From Draconibacterium sp. (GTDB lineage Bacteria; Bacteroidota; Bacteroidia; Bacteroidales; Prolixibacteraceae), in NCBI RefSeq assembly GCF_041583095.1, contig NZ_JBFHGM010000001.1:1-52922 (forward strand): a stretch of 52,922 nt of DNA, in the 5' to 3' direction. The notes under the pieces were generated by a model. That model ran no database searches, had not been told where the DNA came from, and saw nothing but the letters and a program-made list of their open reading frames with translations. This document shows positions 1 through 8,209 of the stretch, in pieces (position 1 is the first letter of the stretch; each line of letters starts with the position of its first letter). The position numbers and the translations under genes were made by a program.

Positions 1-24
1 ACTCTTTGGGCTAAACCAAAGAGT
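1..24. repeat. Perfect 9-bp inverted repeat (ACTCTTTGG-gctaaa-CCAAAGAGT), REP-like hairpin, possibly cut by the window edge
   Basis: 1-9 is the exact reverse complement of 16-24 with a 6-nt loop. Smaller hairpins follow at 32-43, 92-119 and 121-140. Confidence 0.45.
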
Positions 25-167
25 AGAATCCGGCTGATAAGCCAAAAGTAATCTGCTTATGGTAGGTGACTTGGCTCAATACTGAAACGTCTGGAGAGAG
101 ATTCTTTTTTTCTTCTCCACCGGATTTTCAATGAGATCCGTCCTTAACAGGATGTATTTAGAAATGG

Positions 168-213
168 AAAAACAAAAAAGCCTGTAAATTATTGAATTTA
201 CAGGCTTTTGTTT
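168..213 (-). terminator. Strong intrinsic terminator, probably bidirectional, just downstream of the tRNA-Pro 3' fragment
   Basis: Perfect 15-bp stem AAAAGCCTGTAAATT (176-190) / AATTTACAGGCTTTT (195-209) with loop ATTG. There are U-tracts on both strands (TTTTTTGTTTTT on -, TTTTGTTT on +). Confidence 0.85.
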
Positions 214-214
214 C

Positions 215-239
215 GTCGGGATACCAGGATTCGAACCTG
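215..239 (-). pseudogene. 3' fragment of tRNA-Pro (T-arm plus acceptor 3' strand); likely att site of an integrative element
   Basis: The - strand reads CAGG-TTCGAAT-CCTGG-TATCCCG-A-C: T-psi-C arm, an acceptor strand that pairs with a CGGGAT(A/G) 5' end typical of tRNA-Pro, and discriminator A. Sequence from 240 onward has no anticodon or D arm, so this is not a full tRNA. Confidence 0.8.
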
Positions 240-941
240 ATCCCATTAATGCCTTTATATCAGTTATTTACTGCAGTCTATTTTTTGCGGGTCACCGTTT
301 AGTTCACATTTAAAGAACTTTTCTTTCTTGGTATAAAAATAGTTTAAATTGGTAGTTAGAGCAAAGTGTTCTAAATATAGTTCTTTAAAGTTTTAGCATA
401 AATGTTTTGAATTGTTTTATAGTTCTATGATGTGCATTGGATTTAGATGAAGAAAGTTGTGATTAGAATTGATTTGACCGTTTAGGTTTGTACATTATAA
501 AATCTAAATAATGGGGCTATTCTATGATATTGCTGTCAGTATATCAAATTTTGGGGTGAGATATAATGGAAGTTCAATATGTATATTTTTTGTTAGGAAG
601 TATATTAGATGATATCATCAATATTGTATTTTTCATTACCAATGCTTACATGTTTTTAATTGTGAGAATACGTTCGATAAGTATGAAAAGTACGCCTATA
701 CAAGTTAATTGGTTAAAAGTAAACCTTACAATAATTTATTCAATTCTTTTTCCGGTCATAATAGGCGCCTGATATAATTAAGGGGAATAATCTAATGAAA
801 ATATTCTACCTCAAGGTATGTGGATTGATTCTGAAAACTGTTTTGAGATAACAGTTCACCACTATTTTGTATTTAAAACTGATTCGCTTGGGATTGAAAA
901 TTAGTGTATTACGTGAAGGGGTTTAGTCTACTGCCTTTGTT

Positions 942-1007
942 TGGAACAAAATCAAAAAACTTTGAATCAATAAAAGAAATAGTTCCATAACCATTTATAT
1001 TTCTTTG
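942..1007 (+). promoter_or_regulatory. Candidate activator-dependent promoter of PUL-A: 21-bp-period direct repeat plus degenerate Bacteroidota -7 box
   Basis: TGGAACAAAA (942-951) and TGAATCAATA (963-972) match at 7/10 with 21-bp period. TTTCTTTG at 1000-1007 is one mismatch from TAnnTTTG. Confidence 0.4.
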
Positions 1008-1039
1008 GCATTAATTTCCTAAGTAGAAAAAATAAACAG

Positions 1040-4000
1040 ATGATGAAACTACACCGAAGACTAATAGTGGTAATGTTGTTTATAGCGTTACTAAGCCAGG
1101 CTTGTTCCAAAAAAACAAAAATTGAACAGTCGCAATTTGATTCTGTTGTTGCCGGCTTTCAAACATCTTCTGATAACAATACCGTTTGGTGCTATTGGTA
1201 TTGGATAAACGATGATATCTCGAAAGAAGGCATTACCAAAGATTTGGAAGCAATGAAAGAGGCCGGTATTGGGGCAGCGTTAATTGGCAACATCAATCCT
1301 GCAGGGGTTGACGGGAAAGTTCCTTTGTTTTCCGACGAATGGTGGGAATGTATGGTACATGCGGTAACCGAAGGCCATCGAATTGGCGTTGATATAGGTG
1401 TATTTAACTGTCCCGGCTGGAGCCAGTCGGGTGGCCCGTGGGTAAAATCTCAAATGGCAATGCGATATTTAACCTTTAGCGAAACAAAAATTACCGGCCC
1501 CGGTAAAACAAGGGTTCAATTGGTTCAACCCGCCGAAGAATTTCAGGATACACATACGCTGGCATTTAAACTTGCTGATAGCGAAACTGCTGAGATGGCT
1601 GATTTGGTGAATAAAATTGTTGCCCGTCCTGCCTTGAGTGAAATACCAAATATTATTGATGGCAGTTTTCAAACATCGGTTGAAATGAATGTGAAAGAGA
1701 TGCCGGAAGTAGAATTTGAAATTAATCTTAAAAAGAAAATAACCGCCCGGCAGTTTACAATTACTCCTTCTGATAGGGTAAAATGTATGTGCAAGTTATT
1801 TGCCGAAGTAGAAGGGAAGATAGAGTTGATAAGCACTTTTAAATTTGATAGAAGTAATTTGGCTGAAAAAGTGGGGCCCATAGTTCTTGGTAAACTGGCC
1901 ATTTCATTGCCGGATATTGTTTCAGATAAGTTCATTTTAAAATGTTCTGATTTTGATGGACGTCACGCCACTGTTGGTTTCTCTGAGATAAATATTTCGG
2001 AAACTCCTGTAATCGACCATTATATCGAGAAACAACTGGGGAAAATGTATCCAACCCCAACGCCCGACTGGTACAGCTACCAATGGGCTGCCCAGGATGA
2101 AATTGAAAACAATAAATTGGCGATAAATGAAGTTTTGGATATTTCTGAAAATGTTGATGACGAGGGAAGGCTTGATTGGGATGTTCCTGAAGGAAACTGG
2201 ACTGTAATGCGCATTGGAATGGCTCCTACAGGTGCAAAAAACCATCCAACAGCTCCGCAGGGATTGGGTTACGAGGTAGATAAAATGAGTAGTGCGTTGG
2301 TGCAGGTTCATTTCGATAATTTTATTGGCGAATTGCTAAAACGTATTCCCGAAGAAAGCAAACCTGCATTTAAATATGTAATAGCCGACAGTTATGAAAT
2401 GGGGTCTCAAAACTGGACCGATGGTTTTGGTGCTAAATTTTATGAAAAATATGGGTACGATCCCGTGAAATACTTACCCGTGCTTTCCGGACGCGTTGTG
2501 GGCAGCGTTGACGAGTCGGAACGCTTTCTGTGGGATTTACGCCGTGCGGTAGCTGATGATGTGGCCTATGAATACGTTGGAGGATTAAAAAAGGCAAGTA
2601 ATACACATAACCTGCAAATCTGGCTCGAAAATTACGGACACTGGGGTTTTCCTTCCGAATTTATGATGTATGGAGGGCAATCGGATTTAATATCGGGTGA
2701 ATTCTGGAATGAAGGCGCACTCGGAAATATCGAATGTAAAGCTTCTTCTTCGACCTCGCATGCTTACGGAAAAGGAAGAACTTCGGCCGAGGCATTTACT
2801 GCAGCAAACAAGGCTTATTTACGCCATCCGGCAGAGCTTAAAAAGCGCGGCGACTGGTCGTATACCGAGGGGATTAACCATTTTATTCTGCACCTGTATA
2901 TTCACCAGCCCGATGATAGCCGGAAACCCGGGATGAATGCTTGGTTTAGTACCGAGTTTAACCGGCATAATACCTGGTTTGGTCAGGCAAATTATTACTT
3001 CGATTATTTGCGCCGTAACCAGCATTTGTTGCAACAGGGAAAATACGTTGCCGATGTATGCTATTTTATTGGCGAAAATGCACCGGTAATGACTGGCGTT
3101 CGCACACCTGAAATACCCGATGGCTATTCTTACGATTATATTAATGCCGAGGTAATTTTAAACCGCTTGTCGGTTAAAGATGGAAAATTTGTGTTGGTCG
3201 ACGGAATGTGCTATAACGTAATGGTGCTTCCTCCCCTGAAAACTATGCGTCCGGAGGTGCTTGCAAAAATACAAGAATTGGTTGCCGAAGGAGGTGTTGT
3301 ACTTGGCCCGAAACCTGAGAAATCGCCCAGTTTACAGAATTATCCCGAGTGCGACAAGGAGCTTAACGGGCTGGCGGCCAAATTGTGGGGAAGTGACTAT
3401 ACTGCAGGAAAGATGCAAAATAACTATGGGCAAGGAAAAGTATTTGATGGCTACTCGCTGGAACAGGTATTTAAAATTGTCGGAATTGAAAAAGACGTAG
3501 ATTGTACTGATGCATCTGTTCTTTGGACGCACAGAACCATGCCGGGAATGGAGATTTATTTCATCACGAACCAAAGCGACGATGAAGTTGAAATTAATCC
3601 ATCGTTTCGCACAGAAGGATTAAAGCCCCAGTTGTGGGATGCAATGACCGGAGAAATCCGTCAATTGCAGGAATATTCGGTAAAAAATGGAAGAACCCGA
3701 GTTCCTTTAAAACTTGAGGGAAAAAGAAGCTGGTACGTGGTATTTACCAATGCTGGCAATTCAGTGATTCAGCCGGCAAAGCAAACTAATTTCTCAGAAC
3801 CGGAAGTGCTTGCAACTGTTGACGGTCCGTTTGATGTCGATTTTTTGAACAAAGAGATTGGCCCAAAAGAGAAGCAAACATTTGAGGTGTTAAAAGATTG
3901 GTCGGTTTCGGAAAATGAAGAGATTAAATATTACTCGGGGCGTGCAGTTTACAAAACAAATTTCACGATTAATGAACTGCCCGAAGGGAAAGACCTGTTC

Positions 4001-4285
4001 ATTAACCTTGGAGAAGTGGCTGTTATGGCAGAGCTTAAAATAAATGGGAAGCTGGCCGGGGGAGTTTGGATTCATCCTTATCGGTTGAATATTTCTGAGT
4101 TTGTAAAACGAGGAGAGAATAAACTTGAAATTGAGGTGGTTAACCTCTGGCGCAACAGAATGATACGCGATAAAGGCCTTTCTCCTGACGAAAGGTATAC
4201 ATGGAACGTTATTGACGATATTAAAGTTGACGAAAAATCCCATTCTTCAGGTCTTTTAGGGCCTGTACAAATCGAATTTTTATAA
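1040..4285 (+). CDS. Glycoside hydrolase family 106 (alpha-L-rhamnosidase-like), lipoprotein, 1081 aa
   Basis: Lipobox LSQA-C. GH106 motifs WCYWYWINDDISKEGITKDLEAMKEAGIG, CPGWSQSGGPWV, DSYEMGSQNWT, GEFW, SAEAFT, GINHFILH. C-terminal GH2-like beta-sandwich ending SGLLGPV. Confidence 0.85.
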   Translation: MMKLHRRLIVVMLFIALLSQACSKKTKIEQSQFDSVVAGFQTSSDNNTVWCYWYWINDDISKEGITKDLEAMKEAGIGAALIGNINPAGVDGKVPLFSDEWWECMVHAVTEGHRIGVDIGVFNCPGWSQSGGPWVKSQMAMRYLTFSETKITGPGKTRVQLVQPAEEFQDTHTLAFKLADSETAEMADLVNKIVARPALSEIPNIIDGSFQTSVEMNVKEMPEVEFEINLKKKITARQFTITPSDRVKCMCKLFAEVEGKIELISTFKFDRSNLAEKVGPIVLGKLAISLPDIVSDKFILKCSDFDGRHATVGFSEINISETPVIDHYIEKQLGKMYPTPTPDWYSYQWAAQDEIENNKLAINEVLDISENVDDEGRLDWDVPEGNWTVMRIGMAPTGAKNHPTAPQGLGYEVDKMSSALVQVHFDNFIGELLKRIPEESKPAFKYVIADSYEMGSQNWTDGFGAKFYEKYGYDPVKYLPVLSGRVVGSVDESERFLWDLRRAVADDVAYEYVGGLKKASNTHNLQIWLENYGHWGFPSEFMMYGGQSDLISGEFWNEGALGNIECKASSSTSHAYGKGRTSAEAFTAANKAYLRHPAELKKRGDWSYTEGINHFILHLYIHQPDDSRKPGMNAWFSTEFNRHNTWFGQANYYFDYLRRNQHLLQQGKYVADVCYFIGENAPVMTGVRTPEIPDGYSYDYINAEVILNRLSVKDGKFVLVDGMCYNVMVLPPLKTMRPEVLAKIQELVAEGGVVLGPKPEKSPSLQNYPECDKELNGLAAKLWGSDYTAGKMQNNYGQGKVFDGYSLEQVFKIVGIEKDVDCTDASVLWTHRTMPGMEIYFITNQSDDEVEINPSFRTEGLKPQLWDAMTGEIRQLQEYSVKNGRTRVPLKLEGKRSWYVVFTNAGNSVIQPAKQTNFSEPEVLATVDGPFDVDFLNKEIGPKEKQTFEVLKDWSVSENEEIKYYSGRAVYKTNFTINELPEGKDLFINLGEVAVMAELKINGKLAGGVWIHPYRLNISEFVKRGENKLEIEVVNLWRNRMIRDKGLSPDERYTWNVIDDIKVDEKSHSSGLLGPVQIEFL

Positions 4286-4311
4286 GAAAATTATACATAA
4301 AATAGAACGAT

Positions 4312-6252
4312 ATGCAAACATTGCTTAAATCAACTGGCCTGATTGTTATTTTGCTCACCATTTTGGGTGTGAGCGCTTTTTCAAAAACGGTTTCTGTAAA
4401 ATCGCCCAACGGAGAAACTGAATGTGTTTTAAACGTTGGTGAAAAGTTAACCTATTCCGTTTTATACAGAGGAGAAAAGGTTATTCTGGATGGAAATATG
4501 GGATTGAAGATAAAAAGTGGCCCTGTTTTGGGTTTAAATCTTGAAGTTGCCGAAAGCGCAGTTCAGGAGGTTAACGAAATGTGGAAACCTGTTCATAACC
4601 CGAACGAAACTATTTTGAACCACTACAACGAACTAACGGTAGATTTTGAAGAATTAAAATTTCCAGGCCGAAAATTTCAGGTTATTGTAAGGGCTTACAA
4701 CGATGGAGTTGCTTTTCGATATATGGTTCCGCAAGGTGCCGACCGCCAAAAGTGCAACCTTGAAAATGAGCTTACTACGTTTAATTTTGAAAGCGATGTT
4801 ACTTGTTGGGCTGCCGATTATAAGGGTTTTAAGTCGCACCAGGAAGGACATTTTAATAAACAACCATTAAGTGGATTATCGCCACGGGGATATTACGGCC
4901 TGCCTTTAACTCTGAAAGTTTCAGAAAATTGTTATGCCGCAATTACAGAGGCTCACCTGGATAAGTGGGCGGGAATGTATTTACGAACCTCGCAGCATCC
5001 AAAAGAGCTGAGAACTGTCCTGTCTAATATAAAAAATAATGGAGCGGAAGATAGGTTTATTTGTACATTGGAATTACCACACAAATCACCGTGGAGAGTG
5101 ATAATGCTCGGCGAAAAACCCGGAGATTTGATAGAATCTGAAATGGTGTCGAACCTCAATCCGCCCTGCAAAATAGAAGATACTTCGTGGATTAAACCTG
5201 GTATTTGCACCTGGGACAGCTGGTGGAGCCGCAATGTTAATATGGAGAACGACGAAATAAAGAAATTTATAGACCTGGCAGCCGAGAATGAATACCCTTA
5301 CATGCTCATTGACTGGCAGTGGTATGGCGAGTATAACAAACCCGAAGCCGATGTTACAACGTTAGCAGAGCAATTGGATATGCCAATGCTTATTAGTTAC
5401 GCTAAACAAAAAAACGTAAAACTTTGGTTGTGGTTGTATTGGACAGATGTGAACCGTAACATGGAAGAAGCCTTTAACCTTTATGAAAGCTGGGGAATAG
5501 CTGGTGTAAAAATCGATTTTATGGCACTGGATGGATATGAAATGGTAGAGTGGTATCACAATACCGTTAAACTGGCAGCCCAACACCATTTAATGGTAAA
5601 TTTTCATGGAGCGTATAAACCAACAGGAATAAGGCGTACATGGCCTAACCTGATGACTCGTGAAGGCGTATTGGGCAACGAGTACAATAAATTCACTTAC
5701 AATGTTACACCGGAACACAATGTAACTTTGCCATTTACCCGAATGTTGGCCGGACCGATGGATTACACTCCCGGAGGATTTGTTAACGCGTTAAAAGGCG
5801 AATTTAAGCCACAAAAAAATACAATGGTTATGGGAACCCGCTGTCACGAACTGGCAAAATTTGTAGTGTTCGACAGTCCGGTTACTACGTTATGCGACCA
5901 CCCTGAAAACTATAAAAACCAACCGGGTATGGATTTTTTACAGCAGGTAAAAGCTGTTTGGGATGAGACAAAAGTATTGCAAGGCGCGATAGGTGAATAT
6001 ATTGTAATGGCGCGAAAAAGCGGCAACCAATGGTTTATTGCAGGAATGACCAACAGCGATGCCCGCACGCTGGAAGTAGATTTGGATTTCCTTCCCGATG
6101 ATTCGTATACCATTGATTTGTATAAAGACGGGGAAGCAACAAAACTTGATGCAACGAAACTTGAAAAAATGAAGTTGAAATTGCACCGGGCAGAAAAACT
6201 TAAAATCGAGTGTGCCCCTGGTGGCGGTTTTGTGGGTATTATTTCAAAATAA
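4312..6252 (+). CDS. Glycoside hydrolase family 97, retaining type (alpha-galactosidase / beta-L-arabinopyranosidase-like)
   Basis: Signal peptide. Motifs RAYNDGVAFRY, SPWRVIM, DTSWIKPG, GVKIDF (Asp nucleophile of retaining GH97), NFHGAYKPTG, TREGVLGNE, PFTRMLAGPMDYTPG. Confidence 0.9.
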   Translation: MQTLLKSTGLIVILLTILGVSAFSKTVSVKSPNGETECVLNVGEKLTYSVLYRGEKVILDGNMGLKIKSGPVLGLNLEVAESAVQEVNEMWKPVHNPNETILNHYNELTVDFEELKFPGRKFQVIVRAYNDGVAFRYMVPQGADRQKCNLENELTTFNFESDVTCWAADYKGFKSHQEGHFNKQPLSGLSPRGYYGLPLTLKVSENCYAAITEAHLDKWAGMYLRTSQHPKELRTVLSNIKNNGAEDRFICTLELPHKSPWRVIMLGEKPGDLIESEMVSNLNPPCKIEDTSWIKPGICTWDSWWSRNVNMENDEIKKFIDLAAENEYPYMLIDWQWYGEYNKPEADVTTLAEQLDMPMLISYAKQKNVKLWLWLYWTDVNRNMEEAFNLYESWGIAGVKIDFMALDGYEMVEWYHNTVKLAAQHHLMVNFHGAYKPTGIRRTWPNLMTREGVLGNEYNKFTYNVTPEHNVTLPFTRMLAGPMDYTPGGFVNALKGEFKPQKNTMVMGTRCHELAKFVVFDSPVTTLCDHPENYKNQPGMDFLQQVKAVWDETKVLQGAIGEYIVMARKSGNQWFIAGMTNSDARTLEVDLDFLPDDSYTIDLYKDGEATKLDATKLEKMKLKLHRAEKLKIECAPGGGFVGIISK

Positions 6253-6261
6253 TTGTTCAGC

Positions 6262-7107
6262 ATGAAATCACTTAATCATTCTATATTACTATTGTTTTTA
6301 ATGGTTACCACCCCAGTAACTGTTCAGGCTCAAAACTATAATTTTAAAATATTAACCGACATTAATCAAATTTGGAGAAACGAACTGCCTTCGGCCGAAC
6401 GTATTAAAAGCGATGGCGTATGGTCGCTTCCCGGAAATTCTGGAGCTATTCCTTTAACAGAGTGGAAAGCCGGTTTTAACAAAATGGGGCCGGGCGTTGT
6501 GTTTACAGAAGAATACTTTGAACGATTTCCAAAGAAAGCATTTACTCCAACAAAAGAGATTATTGGACAGGATAATATTGAAATGGTGTGCATTTACGCC
6601 GAACCAAAGGTGGTGGCCAACGACCCCCATCCAACAACGATTGTGTTTGATGAGATTATTGACAGTGTAGCGCATGCTAGCGGTAAAAAGGTAATTGTTT
6701 TGTCGCGCAGTTATAGCATACCAAATTGGAAAAACGAATTGCTAAGGGCACTAAATAATGAAAACGTTGGCGGGGTTTGTTTTGAAGCACATGTTACACA
6801 TACCAAAGAAATTGTTGATTTTAAAATAATTGTAGGCCTGCAATTGGCTTTGGACAGAAACAAACTTGCCTTTTTATTGCTTCCCCCCGATGGCGGCGCG
6901 GATAACAACTACAGATATGAAGACCATATGGAGACAACATTCAAATACCTGGATAAAGAATCGAATTTACTCCGGCATTCTGATTTTCATATTGTTGTAG
7001 CAGCCTATAACCGGTTGAGAGAAGATAAAAATACCACCATGCTGGGTGAGCGTAATTCAGTTGAAGCGAGCGTGAAGCGGCTTATTTATTTAAGAGATAA
7101 TCAATAA
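6262..7107 (+). CDS. Secreted protein of unknown function, about 281 aa (possible beta/alpha barrel)
   Basis: ATG at 6262 gives a clean SPI signal (MKSLNHSILLLFLMVTTPVTVQA-Q). It lies 9 nt after the GH97 stop. Alternating beta-strand and helix pattern; no family recognised. Confidence 0.8.
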   Translation: MKSLNHSILLLFLMVTTPVTVQAQNYNFKILTDINQIWRNELPSAERIKSDGVWSLPGNSGAIPLTEWKAGFNKMGPGVVFTEEYFERFPKKAFTPTKEIIGQDNIEMVCIYAEPKVVANDPHPTTIVFDEIIDSVAHASGKKVIVLSRSYSIPNWKNELLRALNNENVGGVCFEAHVTHTKEIVDFKIIVGLQLALDRNKLAFLLLPPDGGADNNYRYEDHMETTFKYLDKESNLLRHSDFHIVVAAYNRLREDKNTTMLGERNSVEASVKRLIYLRDNQ

Positions 7108-7140
7108 TCGGGGCATATTGGTGTCACAAAAAATCAGTAG

Positions 7141-8151
7141 ATGGAGAATAGGAAGAAGATAAAGCTTACTGCCTATGAGGTGCGTGAAGATGAAAGGATT
7201 TTTTTTGAAGAACAGGCAAAGCTCCTGAATCTGGAAATTATTTATACTTCTGAAACTTTAAATCGAAAAACACTTGCTCTTGCCGGGAATAGCATAGCCG
7301 TTACAACGCTGGGGCAAAGCCGGATTGATAAAGCACTACTAACCTGTATTAAGCAAATGGGTATCCAATGCGTGGCTACACGAACTGTTGGGGTAAACCA
7401 TATCGATGTTAATGCAGCCAAAGCACTGGATATTCATGTTAGTAGTGTAAATTATGCTCCCAATGGTGTGGCCGATTATACCGTGATGTTAATTCTTATG
7501 AGCCTGCGGAAATACAAGCAAGCTTTGTTTCGTATTAATGTTAATGATTATTCATTATCAGGTTTACGTGGAAAAGAAATGAAAGACCTCACCATTGGAG
7601 TTGTTGGTACCGGAAGTATTGGGAAACAGGTGCTTAAAAATCTGGCGGGATTTGGCTGCGAGTTAATTGCCTGTAGCAGACACGAAGCTGAGGATGTAAA
7701 GGATATTGCGAGGTATGTGTCGTTGGAAGAACTGTACGCTTTGGCCGATGTGATTAGTTTTCATGTTCCTCTTACCGATAAAACCAGCCAGATGGTAAAT
7801 CGTAACAGCATTCAATCAATGAAAGATGGAGTGGCTTTAATTAACTGCGCCAGAGGTGAAATTATGAATATTAATGACCTTATTGAAGGTATCGAAAATC
7901 AAAGAATAGGAGCGTTGGCAATGGATGTTTTTGAGAATGAAAGCGGTATTTACCATCACGACCGGAAAAACGACATCATTAGTAATCGCGAAATGGCATA
8001 TATCAGGCAATTCCCCAATGTAATTACAACCCAGCATATTGCATTCTATACCGATGCGGCAGTTCAAAGTATGGTAAACGGTGCTTTAGTTAATATCGTG
8101 TCGGCGGTGCATTACGGGGTGCACAAAATTGAAACTGTTTTGTCGTGTTAA
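7141..8151 (+). CDS. D-isomer-specific 2-hydroxyacid dehydrogenase (D-lactate dehydrogenase/VanH-like), cytoplasmic
   Basis: Motifs TRTVGVNHID, YAPNGVADY, Rossmann GVVGTGSIG, HVPL. Catalytic Arg/Glu/His in INCARG, DVFENE, QHIAFYT. No signal peptide. Confidence 0.9.
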   Translation: MENRKKIKLTAYEVREDERIFFEEQAKLLNLEIIYTSETLNRKTLALAGNSIAVTTLGQSRIDKALLTCIKQMGIQCVATRTVGVNHIDVNAAKALDIHVSSVNYAPNGVADYTVMLILMSLRKYKQALFRINVNDYSLSGLRGKEMKDLTIGVVGTGSIGKQVLKNLAGFGCELIACSRHEAEDVKDIARYVSLEELYALADVISFHVPLTDKTSQMVNRNSIQSMKDGVALINCARGEIMNINDLIEGIENQRIGALAMDVFENESGIYHHDRKNDIISNREMAYIRQFPNVITTQHIAFYTDAAVQSMVNGALVNIVSAVHYGVHKIETVLSC

Positions 8152-8209
8152 AATAGTTTTGGATGAACGGTAAACAACAGAAGGAGTGGATAATTAAATA
8201 TAAATAACG

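Noticed and set aside
215-290. Complete tRNA-Pro gene
   Set aside because: Only the T-arm and acceptor 3' strand are present. Positions 240-290 cannot form anticodon, D or 5' acceptor elements.
566-772. 68-aa hydrophobic ORF
   Set aside because: It lies in very AT-rich intergenic DNA, its Ile/Phe/Leu bias follows base composition, and no motif is recognisable. Probably spurious, though not excluded.
836-856. AACTGTT-N7-AACAGTT palindrome as an operator
   Set aside because: Only 7 bp in AT-rich DNA, no second copy noticed, and no repressor gene in the window.
7141-8151. vanH / vancomycin resistance cluster
   Set aside because: The similarity is family-level only. There is no D-Ala-D-Lac ligase, VanX or VanRS nearby, and the host is Gram-negative.
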